Assembly (NCBI RefSeq): GCF_009914755.1
Contig: NC_060944.1
Strand: one strand, 5' to 3'
DNA length: 64,000 bases
Source of the DNA: the human T2T-CHM13v2.0 reference genome, Homo sapiens
The notes beneath the pieces are model-generated. The model was not told the origin of the DNA. It worked only from the letters and a program-made list of their open reading frames with translations, and made no database searches. A program made the translations under genes and the position numbers. Positions 1 to 12,800 of this stretch are shown piece after piece (positions within the stretch are counted from its first letter, which is position 1; the number at the start of each line of letters is the position of its first letter).

Positions 1-246
1 TTTCCGTTCCATACAGCAGTTTTGAAACTCTCTTTTTCTAGAATCTGTAAGTGGAAACTTGGAGCGCTTCGAGGCCTATGGTGGAAAAGGGAATATCTTC
101 CCATAAAAAGTAGACAGAAGAATTCTCAGTAACTACTTTGTGATGTGTGTACTCAACTCACAGAGTTGAACTTTTCTTTTGAAAGAGAAGTTTTGAAACA
201 CTCTTTTTGTAGAATCTGCAAATGGGTATTTAGCCTGCTTTGAGGC

Positions 247-263
247 CTTCATTGGAAACGGGA
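247..263 (+). other. Degenerate CENP-B box position (CTTCATTGGAAACGGGA); the same TTCA form is at 589-605 and 1441-1457, repeated in every HOR
   Basis: Matches the CENP-B box consensus YTTCGTTGGAARCGGGA except G>A in the essential TTCG core. Confidence 0.9.
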
Positions 264-929
264 ATATCTTCACATAAAACTAGACAGAAGCATTCTCAGA
301 AACTTCGTTGTGATGTGTGCATTCAACTCCCAGAGTTGAAGCTCTCTTTTGATAGAGCAGTTCTGAAACAATCTTTTTGTGGTATCTGGAAGTGGACGTT
401 TGGAGCGATTCGAGGCCTATGGTGAAAAAGGCAATATCTTCACCTAAAAATTAGACAGAAGCATTCTCAGAAACTGCTTTGTGATATGTGTAGTCAACTC
501 ACAGATTTGAAACGTGGTTTTGATGCAGCAGTTTTGAAACACTCTTTTTGTTAGAATCTTCAAGTGGATATTTGGATAGCTTTGAGGCTTTCATTGGAAA
601 CGGGAATATCTACACATAAGAACTAGACAGAAGCATTCTCAGAAAGTTTTTTATGAAGTTCGCATTCAACTCACAGAGTTGTACCTTCCTTTTCACACAG
701 CAGTTTTGAGACATTCTTTTTGTAGAATCTGCATGTGGACATTTGGAGTGATTTGAGACTTAGGGTGAAAAAGGGATATCTTCCCATAAAAAGTTGACAG
801 AAGCATTCTCAGAAACGACTTTCTGATTTGTGTACTCAACTCACAGAGTTAAACCTTTCCTTTGATACAGCAGTTTGGAAACACTCTTCTTGTAGAATTT
901 ACAAGCGGATATAAGGACTGCAGTGATTA

Positions 930-1115
930 ATTCATCGGAAACGGAATATCTTCACATAAAAGTAGACAGAGGCATTCTCAGAAAGTTCTTTGTAATGTGT
1001 GCATTCAACTCACAGAGTTGAAACTTTCTTTTGATAGAGCAGATTGGAAGCCCTCTTTTTGTAGAATTTGCAAGTGGATATCTGGACAGCTTTGAGGCCT
1101 TCCCTGGAAACGAGT
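930..1115 (+). other. Two adjacent, strongly degenerate B-type box positions (ATTCATCGGAAACGGAA at 930; CTTCCCTGGAAACGAGT at 1099)
   Basis: Both keep GGAAACG but lack both the TTCG and CGGG cores. This is the only B-B adjacency in the unit. Confidence 0.85.
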
Positions 1116-1269
1116 GTATCTTCACATAAACACTAGACAGAAGCATCCTCAGAAACTTGTTGGTGATGCTTGCATTCAACTCACAGAAGTGAACATTTCT
1201 TTTCCTAGAGCAGTTTTGAAACACTCTTTTTGTAGTATCTGGTAGTGGACAGTTGGAGCACTTTGAGGC

Positions 1270-1286
1270 CTAGGGTGAAAAAGGAA
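1270..1286 (+). other. A-type / pJ-alpha box (CTAGGGTGAAAAAGGAA); related boxes at 76, 417, 760 and 1611, five per HOR
   Basis: The TA(T/G)GGTGAAAAAGG motif occupies the box position in A-type monomers and resembles the described pJ-alpha box. Confidence 0.8.
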
Positions 1287-1781
1287 ATATCTTCACATAA
1301 AAACTAGACAGAAGCATTCTCTGAAACTTCTTGGTTATGTGTGTACTCAACTCACAGAGTTGAACTTATCTTCTCATAGATCAGATTTGAAACCCTCTTT
1401 TTGTAGAGTCTGCAAGTGCATATTTGGATAGCTTTGAGGATTTCATTGGAAACGGGAATATCTTCCCATAAAAACTAGAAAGAAGCATTCTCAGAAACTT
1501 TTTGTGATGCTTGCATTCAACTCACTGAGTTGAACATTCCCTTTCATACAGCAGTTCTCAAACACTCTTTTTGTAGTATCTGGAAGTGGACCTTTGGAGC
1601 GCTTTGAGGTCTAGGGTGAAAAAGGAAATATCCTCACCTAAAAACTAGACAGAAGCATTCTCAGAAACTTCTTTGTGATGTGTGTAGTCAACTCACAGAG
1701 TTGAACCTTTCTTTTGATACAGCACTTTTGAAACACTCTTTTTGTAGAATCTGCAAGTGGTTATTTTGATAGCTTTGAGGC

Positions 1782-1798
1782 TTTGATTGGAAACGGGA
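1782..1798 (+). other. Degenerate CENP-B box position (TTTGATTGGAAACGGGA)
   Basis: TTGA replaces TTCG; the CGGG half is retained. Confidence 0.85.
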
Positions 1799-1952
1799 AT
1801 ATCTTCACATAAAAACTAGACAGAAGCATTCTCAGAAACTTCTTTATGAAGTTTGCATTCAACTCACAGAATTGAACTTTCCGTTCCATACAGCAGTTTT
1901 GAAACTCTCTTTTTCTAGAATCTGTAAGTGGAAACTTGGAGCGCTTCGAGGC

Positions 1953-3830
1953 CTATGGTGGAAAAGGGAATATCTTCCCATAAAAAGTAGACAGAAGAAT
2001 TCTCAGTAACTACTTTGTGATGTGTGTACTCAACTCACAGAGTTGAACTTTTCTTTTGAAAGAGAAGTTTTGAAACACTCTTTTTGTAGAATCTGCAAAT
2101 GGGTATTTAGCCTGCTTTGAGGCCTTCATTGGAAACGGGAATATCTTCACATAAAACTAGACAGAAGCATTCTCAGAAACTTCGTTGTGATGTGTGCATT
2201 CAACTCCCAGAGTTGAAGCTCTCTTTTGATAGAGCAGTTCTGAAACAATCTTTTTGTGGTATCTGGAAGTGGACGTTTGGAGCGATTCGAGGCCTATGGT
2301 GAAAAAGGCAATATCTTCACCTAAAAATTAGACAGAAGCATTCTCAGAAACTGCTTTGTGATATGTGTAGTCAACTCACAGATTTGAAACGTGGTTTTGA
2401 TGCAGCAGTTTTGAAACACTCTTTTTGTTAGAATCTTCAAGTGGATATTTGGATAGCTTTGAGGCTTTCATTGGAAACGGGAATATCTACACATAAGAAC
2501 TAGACAGAAGCATTCTCAGAAAGTTCTTTATGAAGTTCGCATTCAACTCACAGAGTTGTACCTTCCTTTTCACACAGCAGTTTTGAGACATTCTTTTTGT
2601 AGAATCTGCATGTGGACATTTGGAGTGATTTGAGACTTAGGGTGAAAAAGGGATATCTTCCCATAAAAAGTTGACAGAAGCATTCTCAGAAACGACTTTC
2701 TGATTTGTGTACTCAACTCACAGAGTTAAACCTTTCCTTTGATACAGCAGTTTGGAAACACTCTTCTTGTAGAATTTACAAGCGGATATAAGGACTGCAG
2801 TGATTAATTCATCGGAAACGGAATATCTTCACATAAAAGTAGACAGAAGCATTCTCAGAAAGTTCTTTGTAATGTGTGCATTCAACTCACAGAGTTGAAA
2901 CTTTCTTTTGATAGAGCAGATTGGAAGCCCTCTTTTTGTAGAATTTGCAAGTGGATATCTGGACAGCTTTGAGGCCTTCCCTGGAAACGAGTGTATCTTC
3001 ACATAAACACTAGACAGAAGCATCCTCAGAAACTTGTTGGTGATGCTTGCATTCAACTTACAGAATTGAACATTTCTTTTCCTAGAGCAGTTTTGAAACA
3101 CTCTTTTTGTAGTATCTGGAAGTGGACAGTTGGAGCACTTTGAGGCCTAGGGTGAAAAAGGAAATATCTTCACATAAAAACTAGACAGAAGCATTCTCTG
3201 AAACTTCTTGGTTATGTGTGTACTCAACTCACAGAGTTGGACTTATCTTCTCATAGATCAGATTTGAAACCCTCTTTTTGTAGAGTCTGCAAGTGCATAT
3301 TTGGATAGCTTTGAGGATTTCATTGGAAACGGGAATATCTTCCCATAAAAACTAGAAAGAAGCATTCTCAGAAACTTCTTTGTGATGCTTGCATTCAACT
3401 CACTGAGTTGAACATTCCCTTTCATACAGCAGTTCTCAAACACTCTTTTTGTAGTATCTGGAAGTGGACCTTTGGAGCGCTTTGAGGCCTAGGGTGAAAA
3501 AGGAAATATCCTCACCTAAAAACTAGACAGAAGCATTCTCAGAAACTTCTTTGTGATGTGTGTAGTCAACTCACAGAGTTGAACCTTCCTTTTGATACAG
3601 CACTTTTGAAACACTCTTTTTGTAGAATCTGCAAGTGGTTATTTGGATAGCTTTGAGGCTTTGATTGGAAACGGGAATATCTTCACATAAAAACTAGACA
3701 GAAGCATTCTCAGAAACTTCTCTATGAAGTTTGCATTCAACTCACAGAGTTGAACTTTCCGTTCCATACAGCAGTTTTGAAACTCTCTTTTTCTAGAATC
3801 TGTAAGTGGAAACTTGGAGCGCTTCGAGGC
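1953..3830 (+). repeat. Representative canonical 11-mer HOR unit (1878 bp; phase chosen arbitrarily at an A-box)
   Basis: In the first unit the box positions start at 76, 247, 417, 589, 760, 930, 1099, 1270, 1441, 1611 and 1782, and the next unit starts at 1953. This gives 11 monomers of 169-172 bp. The first unit is 1877 bp because of a 1-bp deletion near 1500. Confidence 0.95.
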
Positions 3831-6800
3831 CTATGGTGAAAAAGGGAATATCTTCCCATAAAAAGTAGACAGAAGAATTCTCAGTAACTACTTTGTGATG
3901 TGTGTACTCAACTCACAGAGTTGAACTTTTCTTTTGAAAGAGAAGTTTTGAAACACTCTTTTTGTAGAATCTGCAAATGGGTATTTAGCCTGCTTTGAGG
4001 CCTTCATTGGAAACGGGAATATCTTCACATAAAACTAGACAGAACCATTCTCAGAAACTTCGTTGTGATGTGTGCATTCAACTCCCAGAGTTGAAGCTCT
4101 CTTTTGATAGAGCAGTTCTGAAACAATCTTTTTGTGGTATCTGGAAGTGGACGTTTGGAGCGATTCGAGGCCTATGGTGAAAAAGGCAATATCTTCACCT
4201 AAAAATTAGACAGAAGCATTCTCAGAAACTGCTTTGTGATATGTGTAGTCAACTCACAGATTTGAAACTTGGTTTTGATGCAGCAGTTTTGAAACACTCT
4301 TTTTGTTAGAATCTTCAAGTGGATATTTGGATAGCTTTGAGGCTTTCATTGGAAACGGGAATATCTACACATAAGAACTAGACAGAAGCATTCTCAGAAA
4401 GTTCTTTATGAAGTTCGCATTCAACTCACAGAGTTGTACCTTCCTTTTCACACAGCAGTTTTGAGACATTCTTTTTGTAGAATCTGCAAGTGGACATTTG
4501 GAGTGATTTGAGACTTAGGGTGAAAAAGGGATATCTTCCCATAAAAAGTTGACAGAAGCATTCTCAGAAACGACTTTCTGATTTGTGTACTCAACTCACA
4601 GAGTTAAACCTTTCCTTTGATACAGCAGTTTGGAAACACTCTTCTTGTAGAATTTACAAGCGGATATAAGGACAGCAGTGAGGAATTCATTGGAAACGGA
4701 ATATCTTCACATAAAAGTAGACAGAAGCATTCTCAGAAAGTTCTTTGTAATGTGTGCATTCAACTCACAGAGTTGAAACTTTCTTTTGATAGAGCAGATT
4801 GGAAGCCCTCTTTTCGTAGAATTTGTAAGTGGATATCTGGACAGCTTTGAGGCCTTCCCTGGAAACGAGTGTATCTTCACATAAACACTAGACAGAAGCA
4901 TCCTCAGAAACTTGTTGGTGATGCTTGCATTCAACTCACAGAATTGAACATTTCTTTTCCTAGAGCAGTTTTGAAGCACTCTTTTTGTAGTATCTGGTAG
5001 TGGACAGTTGGAGCACTTTGAGGCCTAGGGTGAAAAAGGAAATATCTTCACATAAAAACTAGACAGAAGCATTCTCTGAAACTTCTTGGTTATGTGTGTA
5101 CTCAACTCACAGAGTTGAACTTATCTTCTCATAGATCAGATTTGAAACCCTCTTTTTGTAGAGTCTGCAAGTGCATATTTGGATAGCTTTGAGGATTTCA
5201 TTGGAAACGGGAATATCTTCCCATAAAAACTGGAAAGAAGCATTCTCAGAAACTTCTTTGTGATGCTTGCATTCAACTCACTGAGTTGAACATTCCCTTT
5301 CATACAGCAGTTCTCAAACACTCTTTTTGTAGTATCTGGAAGTGGACCTTTGGAGCGCTTTGAGGCCTAGGGTGAAAAAGGAAATATCCTCACCTAAAAA
5401 CTAGACAGAAGCATTCTCAGAAACTTCTTTGTGATGTGTGTAGTCAACTCACAGAGTTGAACCTTTCTTTTGATACAGCACTTTTGAAACACTCTTTTTG
5501 TAGAATCTGCAAGTGGTTATTTTGATAGCTTTGAGGCTTTGATTGGAAACGGGAATATCTTCACAGAAAAACTAGACAGAAGCATTCTCAGAAACTTCTT
5601 TATGAAGTTTGCATTCAACTCACAGAGTTGAACTTTCCGTTCCATACAGCAGTTTTGAAACTCTCTTTTTCTAGAATCTGTAAGTGGAAACTTGGAGCGC
5701 TTCGAGGCCTATGGTGGAAAAGGGAATATCTTCCCATAAAAAGTAGACAGAAGAATTCTCACTAGCTACTTTGTGATGTGTGTACTCGACTCACAGAGTT
5801 GAACTTTTCTTTTGAAAGAGAAGTTTTGAAACACTCTTTTTGTAGAATCTGCAAATGGGTATTTAGCCTGCTTTGAGGCCTTCATTGGAAACGGGAATAT
5901 CTTCACATAAAACTAGACAGAAGCATTCTCAGAAACTTCGTTGTGATGTGTGCATTCAACTCCCAGAGTTGAAGCTCTCTTTTGATAGAGCAGTTCTGAA
6001 ACAATCTTTTTGTGGTATCTGGAAGTGGACGTTTGGAGCGATTCGAGGCCTATGGTGAAAAAGGCAATATCTTCACCTAAAAATTAGACAGAAGCATTCT
6101 CAGAAACTGCTTTGTGATATGTGTAGTCAACTCACAGATTTGAAACGTGGTTTTGATGCAGCAGTTTTGAAACACTCTTTTTGTTAGAATCTTCAAGTGG
6201 ATATTTGGATAGCTTTGAGGCTTTCATTGGAAACGGGAATATCTACACATAAGAACTAGACAGAAGCATTCTCAGAAAGTTCTTTATGAAGTTCGCATTC
6301 AACTCACAGAGTTGTACCTTCCTTTTCACACAGCAGTTTTGAGACATTCTTTTTGTAGAATCTGCATGTGGACATTTGGAGTGATTTGAGACTTAGGGTG
6401 AAAAAGGGATATCTTCCCATAAAAAGTTGACAGAAGCATTCTCAGAAACGACTTTCTGATTTGTGTACTCAACTCACAGAGTTAAACCTTTCCTTTGATA
6501 CAGCAGTTTGGAAACACTCTTCTTGTAGAATTTACAAGCGGATATAAGGACTGCAGTGATTAATTCATCGGAAACGGAATATCTTCACATAAAAGTAGAC
6601 AGAAGCATTCTCAGAAAGTTCTTTGTAATGTGTGCATTCAACTCACAGAGTTGAAACTTTCTTTTGATAGAGCAGATTGGAAGCCCTCTTTTTGTAGAAT
6701 TTGCAAGTGGATATCTGGACAGCTTTGAGGCCTTCCCTGGAAACGAGTGTATCTTCACATAAACACTAGACAGAAGCATCCTCAGAAACTTGTTGGTGAT

Positions 6801-9800
6801 GCTTGCATTCAACTTACAGAATTGAACATTTCTTTTCCTAGAGCAGTTTTGAAACACTCTTTTTGTAGTATCTGGTAGTGGACAGTTGGAGCACTTTGAG
6901 GCCTAGGGTGAAAAAGGAAATATCTTCACATAAAAACTAGACAGAAGCATTCTCTGAAACTTCTTGGTTATGTGTGTACTCAACTCACAGAGTTGAACTT
7001 ATCTTCTCATAGATCAGATTTGAAACCCTCTTTTTGTAGAGTCTGCAAGTGCATATTTGGATAGCTTTGAGGATTTCATTGGAAACGGGAATATCTTCCC
7101 ATAAAAACTAGAAAGAAGCATTCTCAGAAACTTCTTTGTGATGCTTGCATTCAACTCACTGAGTTGAACATTCCCTTTCATACAGCAGTTCTCAAACACT
7201 CTTTTTGTAGTATCTGGAAGTGGACCTTTGGAGCGCTTTGAGGCCTAGGGTGAAAAAGGAAATATCCTCACCTAAAAACTAGACAGAAGCATTCTCAGAA
7301 ACTTCTTTGTGATGTGTGTAGTCAACTCACAGAGTTGAACCTTTCTTTTGATACAGCACTTTTGAAACACTCTTTTTGTAGAATCTGCAAGTGGTTATTT
7401 TGATAGCTTTGAGGCTTTGATTGGAAACGGGAATATCTTCACATAAAAACTAGACAGAAGCATTCTCAGAAACTTCTTTATGAAGTTTGCATTCAACTCA
7501 CAGAATTGAACTTTCCGTTCCATACAGCAGTTTTGAAACTCTCTTTTTCTAGAATCTGTAAGTGGAAACTTGGAGCGCTTCGAGGCCTATGGTGGAAAAG
7601 GGAATATCTTCCCATAAAAAGTAGACAGAAGAATTCTCAGTAACTACTTTGTGATGTGTGTACTCAACTCACAGAGTTGAACTTTTCTTTTGAAAGAGAA
7701 GTTTTGAAACACTCTTTTTGTAGAATCTGCAAATGGGTATTTAGCCTGCTTTGAGGCCTTCATTGGAAACGGGAATATCTTCACATAAAACTAGACAGAA
7801 GCATTCTCAGAAACTTCGTTGTGATGTGTGCATTCAACTCCCAGAGTTGAAGCTCTCTTTTGATAGAGCAGTTCTGAAACAATCTTTTTGTGGTATCTGG
7901 AAGTGGACGTTTGGAGCGATTCGAGGCCTATGGTGAAAAAGGCAATATCTTCACCTAAAAATTAGACAGAAGCATTCTCAGAAACTGCTTTGTGATATGT
8001 GTAGTCAACTCACAGATTTGAAACGTGGTTTTGATGCAGCAGTTTTGAAACACTCTTTTTGTTAGAATCTTCAAGTGGATATTTGGATAGCTTTGAGGCT
8101 TTCATTGGAAACGGGAATATCTACACATAAGAACTAGACAGAAGCATTCTCAGAAAGTTCTTTATGAAGTTCGCATTCAACTCACAGAGTTGTACCTTCC
8201 TTTTCACACAGCAGTTTTGAGACATTCTTTTTGTAGAATCTGCATGTGGACATTTGGAGTGATTTGAGACTTAGGGTGAAAAAGGGATATCTTCCCATAA
8301 AAAGTTGACAGAAGCATTCTCAGAAACGACTTTCTGATTTGTGTACTCAACTCACAGAGTTAAACCTTTCCTTTGATACAGCAGTTTGGAAACACTCTTC
8401 TTGTAGAATTTACAAGCGGATATAAGGACTGCAGTGATTAATTCATCGGAAACGGAATATCTTCACATAAAAGTAGACAGAAGCATTCTCAGAAAGTTCT
8501 TTGTAATGTGTGCATTCAACTCACAGAGTTGAAACTTTCTTTTGATAGAGCAGATTGGAAGCCCTCTTTTTGTAGAATTTGCAAGTGGATATCTGGACAG
8601 CTTTGAGGCCTTCCCTGGAAACGAGTGTATCTTCACATAAACACTAGACAGAAGCATCCTCAGAAACTTGTTGGTGATGCTTGCATTCAACTTACAGAAT
8701 TGAACATTTCTTTTCCTAGAGCAGTTTTGAAACACTCTTTTTGTAGTATCTGGAAGTGGACAGTTGGAGCACTTTGAGGCCTAGGGTGAAAAAGGAAATA
8801 TCTTCACATAAAAACTAGACAGAAGCATTCTCTGAAACTTCTTGGTTATGTGTGTACTCAACTCACAGAGTTGAACTTATCTTCTCATAGATCAGATTTG
8901 AAACCCTCTTTTTGTAGAGTCTGCAAGTGCATATTTGGATAGCTTTGAGGATTTCATTGGAAACGGGAATATCTTCCCATAAAAACTAGAAAGAAGCATT
9001 CTCAGAAACTTCTTTGTGATGCTTGCATTCAACTCACTGAGTTGAACATTCCCTTTCATACAGCAGTTTTCAAACACTCTTTTTGTAGTATCTGGAAGTG
9101 GACCTTTGGAGCGCTTTGAGGCCTAGGGTGAAAAAGGAAATATCCTCACCTAAAAACTAGACAGAAGCATTCTCAGAAACTTCTTTGTGATGTGTGTAGT
9201 CAACTCACAGAGTTGAACCTTTCTTTTGATACAGCACTTTTGAAACACTCTTTTTGTAGAATCTGCAAGTGGTTATTTGGATAGCTTTGAGGCTTTGATT
9301 GGAAACGGGAATATCTTCACATAAAAACTAGACAGAAGCATTCTCAGAAACTTCTTTATGAAGTTTGCATTCAACTCACAGAGTTGAAGTTTCCGTTCCA
9401 TACAGCAGTTTTGAAACTCTCTTTTTCTAGAATCTGTAAGTGGAAACTTGGAGCGCTTCGAGGCCTATGGTGGAAAAGGGAATATCTTCCCATAAAAAGT
9501 AGACAGAAGAATTCTCAGTAACTACTTTGTGATGTGTGTACTCAACTCACAGAGTTGAACTTTTCTTTTGAAAGAGAAGTTTTGAAACACTCTTTTTGTA
9601 GAATCTGCAAATGGGTATTTAGCCTGCTTTGAGGCCTTCATTGGAAACGGGAATATCTTCACATAAAACTAGACAGAAGCATTCTCAGAAACTTCGTTGT
9701 GATGTGTGCATTCAACTCCCAGAGTTGAAGCTCTCTTTTGATAGAGCAGTTCTGAAACAATCTTTTTGTGGTATCTGGAAGTGGACGTTTGGAGCGATTC

Positions 9801-12800
9801 GAGGCCTATGGTGAAAAAGGCAATATCTTCACCTAAAAATTAGACAGAAGCATTCTCAGAAACTGCTTTGTGATATGTGTAGTCAACTCACAGATTTGAA
9901 ACGTGGTTTTGATGCAGCAGTTTTGAAACACTCTTTTTGTTAGAATCTTCAAGTGGATATTTGGATAGCTTTGAGGCTTTCATTGGAAACGGGAATATCT
10001 ACACATAAGAACTAGACAGAAGCATTCTCAGAAAGTTCTTTATGAAGTTCGCATTCAACTCACAGAGTTGTACCTTCCTTTTCACACAGCAGTTTTGAGA
10101 CATTCTTTTTGTAGAATCTGCAAGTGGACATTTGGAGTGATTTGAGACTTAGGGTGAAAAAGGGATATCTTCCCATAAAAATTTGACAGAAGCATTCTCA
10201 GAAACGACTTTCTGATTTGTGTACTCAACTCACAGAGTTAAACCTTTCCTTTGATGCAGCAGTTTGGAAACACTCTTCTTGTAGAATTTACAAGCGGATA
10301 TAAGGACAGCAGTGAGGAATTCATCGGAAACGGAATATCTTCACATAAAAGTAGACAGAAGCATTCTCAGAAAGTTCTTTGTAATGTGTGCATTCAACTC
10401 ACAGAGTTGAAACTTTCTTTTGATAGAGCAGATTGGAAGCCCTCTTTTTGTAGAATTTGCAAGTGGATATCTGGACAGCTTTGAGGCCTTCCCTGGAAAC
10501 GAGTGTATCTTCACATAAACACTAGACAGAAGCATCCTCAGAAACTTGTTGGTGATGCTTGCATTCAACTCACAGAATTGAACATTTCTTTTCCTAGAGC
10601 AGTTTTGAAACACTCTTTTTGTAGTATCTGGAAGTGGACAGTTGGAGCACTTTGAGGCCTAGGGTGAAAAAGGAAATATCTTCACATAAAAACTAGACAG
10701 AAGCATTCTCTGAAACTTCTTGGTTATGTGTGTACTCAACTCACAGAGTTGAACTTATCTTCTCATAGATCAGATTTGAAACCCTCTTTTTGTAGAGTCT
10801 GCAAGTGCATATTTGGATAGCTTTGAGGATTTCATTGGAAACGGGAATATCTTCCCATAAAAACTAGAAAGAAGCATTCTCAGAAACTTCTTTGTGATGC
10901 TTGCATTCAACTCACTGAGTTGAACATTCCCTTTCATACAGCAGTTCTCAAACACTCTTTTTGTAGTATCTGGAAGTGGACCTTTGGAGCGCTTTGAGGC
11001 CTAGGGTGAAAAAGGAAATATCCTCACCTAAAAACTAGACAGAAGCATTCTCAGAAACTTCTTTGTGATGTGTGTAGTCAACTCACAGAGTTGAACCTTT
11101 CTTTTGATACAGCACTTTTGAAACACTCTTTTTGTAGAATCTGCAAGTGGTTATTTGGATAGCTTTGAGGCTTTGATTGGAAACGGGAATATCTTCACAT
11201 AAAAACTAGACAGAAGCATTCTCAGAAACTTCTTTATGAAGTTTGCATTCAACTCACAGAGTTGAAGTTTCCGTTCCATACAGCAGTTTTGAAACTCTCT
11301 TTTTCTAGAATCTGCAAGTGGAAACTTGGAGCGCTTCGAGGCCTATGGTGGAAAAGGGAATATCTTCCCATAAAAAGTAGACAGAAGAATTCTCAGTAAC
11401 TACTTTGTGATGTGTGTACTCAACTCACAGAGTTGAACTTTTCTTTTGAAAGAGAAGTTTTGAAACACTCTTTTTGTAGAATCTGCAAATGGGTATTTAG
11501 CCTGCTTTGAGGCCTTCATTGGAAACGGGAATATCTTCACATAAAACTAGACAGAAGCATTCTCAGAAACTTCGTTGTGATGTGTGCATTCAACTCCCAG
11601 AGTTGAAGCTCTCTTTTGATAGAGCAGTTCTGAAACAATCTTTTTGTGGTATCTGGAAGTGGACGTTTGGAGCGATTCGAGGCCTATGGTGAAAAAGGCA
11701 ATATCTTCACCTAAAAATTAGACAGAAGCATTCTCAGAAACTGCTTTGTGATATGTGTAGTCAACTCACAGATTTGAAACGTGGTTTTGATGCAGCAGTT
11801 TTGAAACACTCTTTTTGTTAGAATCTTCAAGTGGATATTTGGATAGCTTTGAGGCTTTCATTGGAAACGGGAATATCTACACATAAGAACTAGACAGAAG
11901 CATTCTCAGAAAGTTCTTTATGAAGTTCGCATTCAACTCACAGAGTTGTACCTTCCTTTTCACACAGCAGTTTTGAGACATTCTTTTTGTAGAATCTGCA
12001 AGTGGACATTTGGAGTGATTTGAGACTTAGGGTGAAAAAGGGATATCTTCCCATAAAAAGTTGACAGAAGCATTCTCAGAAACGACTTTCTGATTTGTGT
12101 ACTCAACTCACAGAGTTAAACCTTTCCTTTGATACAGCAGTTTGGAAACACTCTTCTTGTAGAATTTACAAGCGGATATAAGGACAGCAGTGAGGAATTC
12201 ATCGGAAACGGAATATCTTCACATAAAAGTAGACAGAAGCATTCTCAGAAAGTTCTTTGTAATGTGTGCATTCAACTCACAGAGTTGAAACTTTCTTTTG
12301 ATAGAGCAGATTGGAAGCCCTCTTTTTGTAGAATTTGCAAGTGGATATCTGGACAGCTTTGAGGCCTTCCCTGGAAACGAGTGTATCTTCACATAAACAC
12401 TAGACAGAAGCATCCTCAGAAACTTGTTGGTGATGCTTGCATTCAACTCACAGAATTGAACATTTCTTTTCCTAGAGCAGTTTTGAAACACTCTTTTTGT
12501 AGTATCTGGAAGTGGACAGTTGGAGCACTTTGAGGCCTAGGGTGAAAAAGGAAATATCTTCACATAAAAACTAGACAGAAGCATTCTCTGAAACTTCTTG
12601 GTTATGTGTGTACTCAACTCACAGAGTTGAACTTATCTTCTCATAGATCAGATTTGAAACCCTCTTTTTGTAGAGTCTGCAAGTGCATATTTGGATAGCT
12701 TTGAGGATTTCATTGGAAACGGGAATATCTTCCCATAAAAACTAGAAAGAAGCATTCTCAGAAACTTCTTTGTGATGCTTGCATTCAACTCACTGAGTTG

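Noticed and set aside
303-319. CTTCGTTG resembling the 5' half of a CENP-B box, once per HOR
   Set aside because: It continues TGATGTGTG with no CGGG core and lies at the wrong monomer position. It is a variant of CTTCTTTGTGATG.
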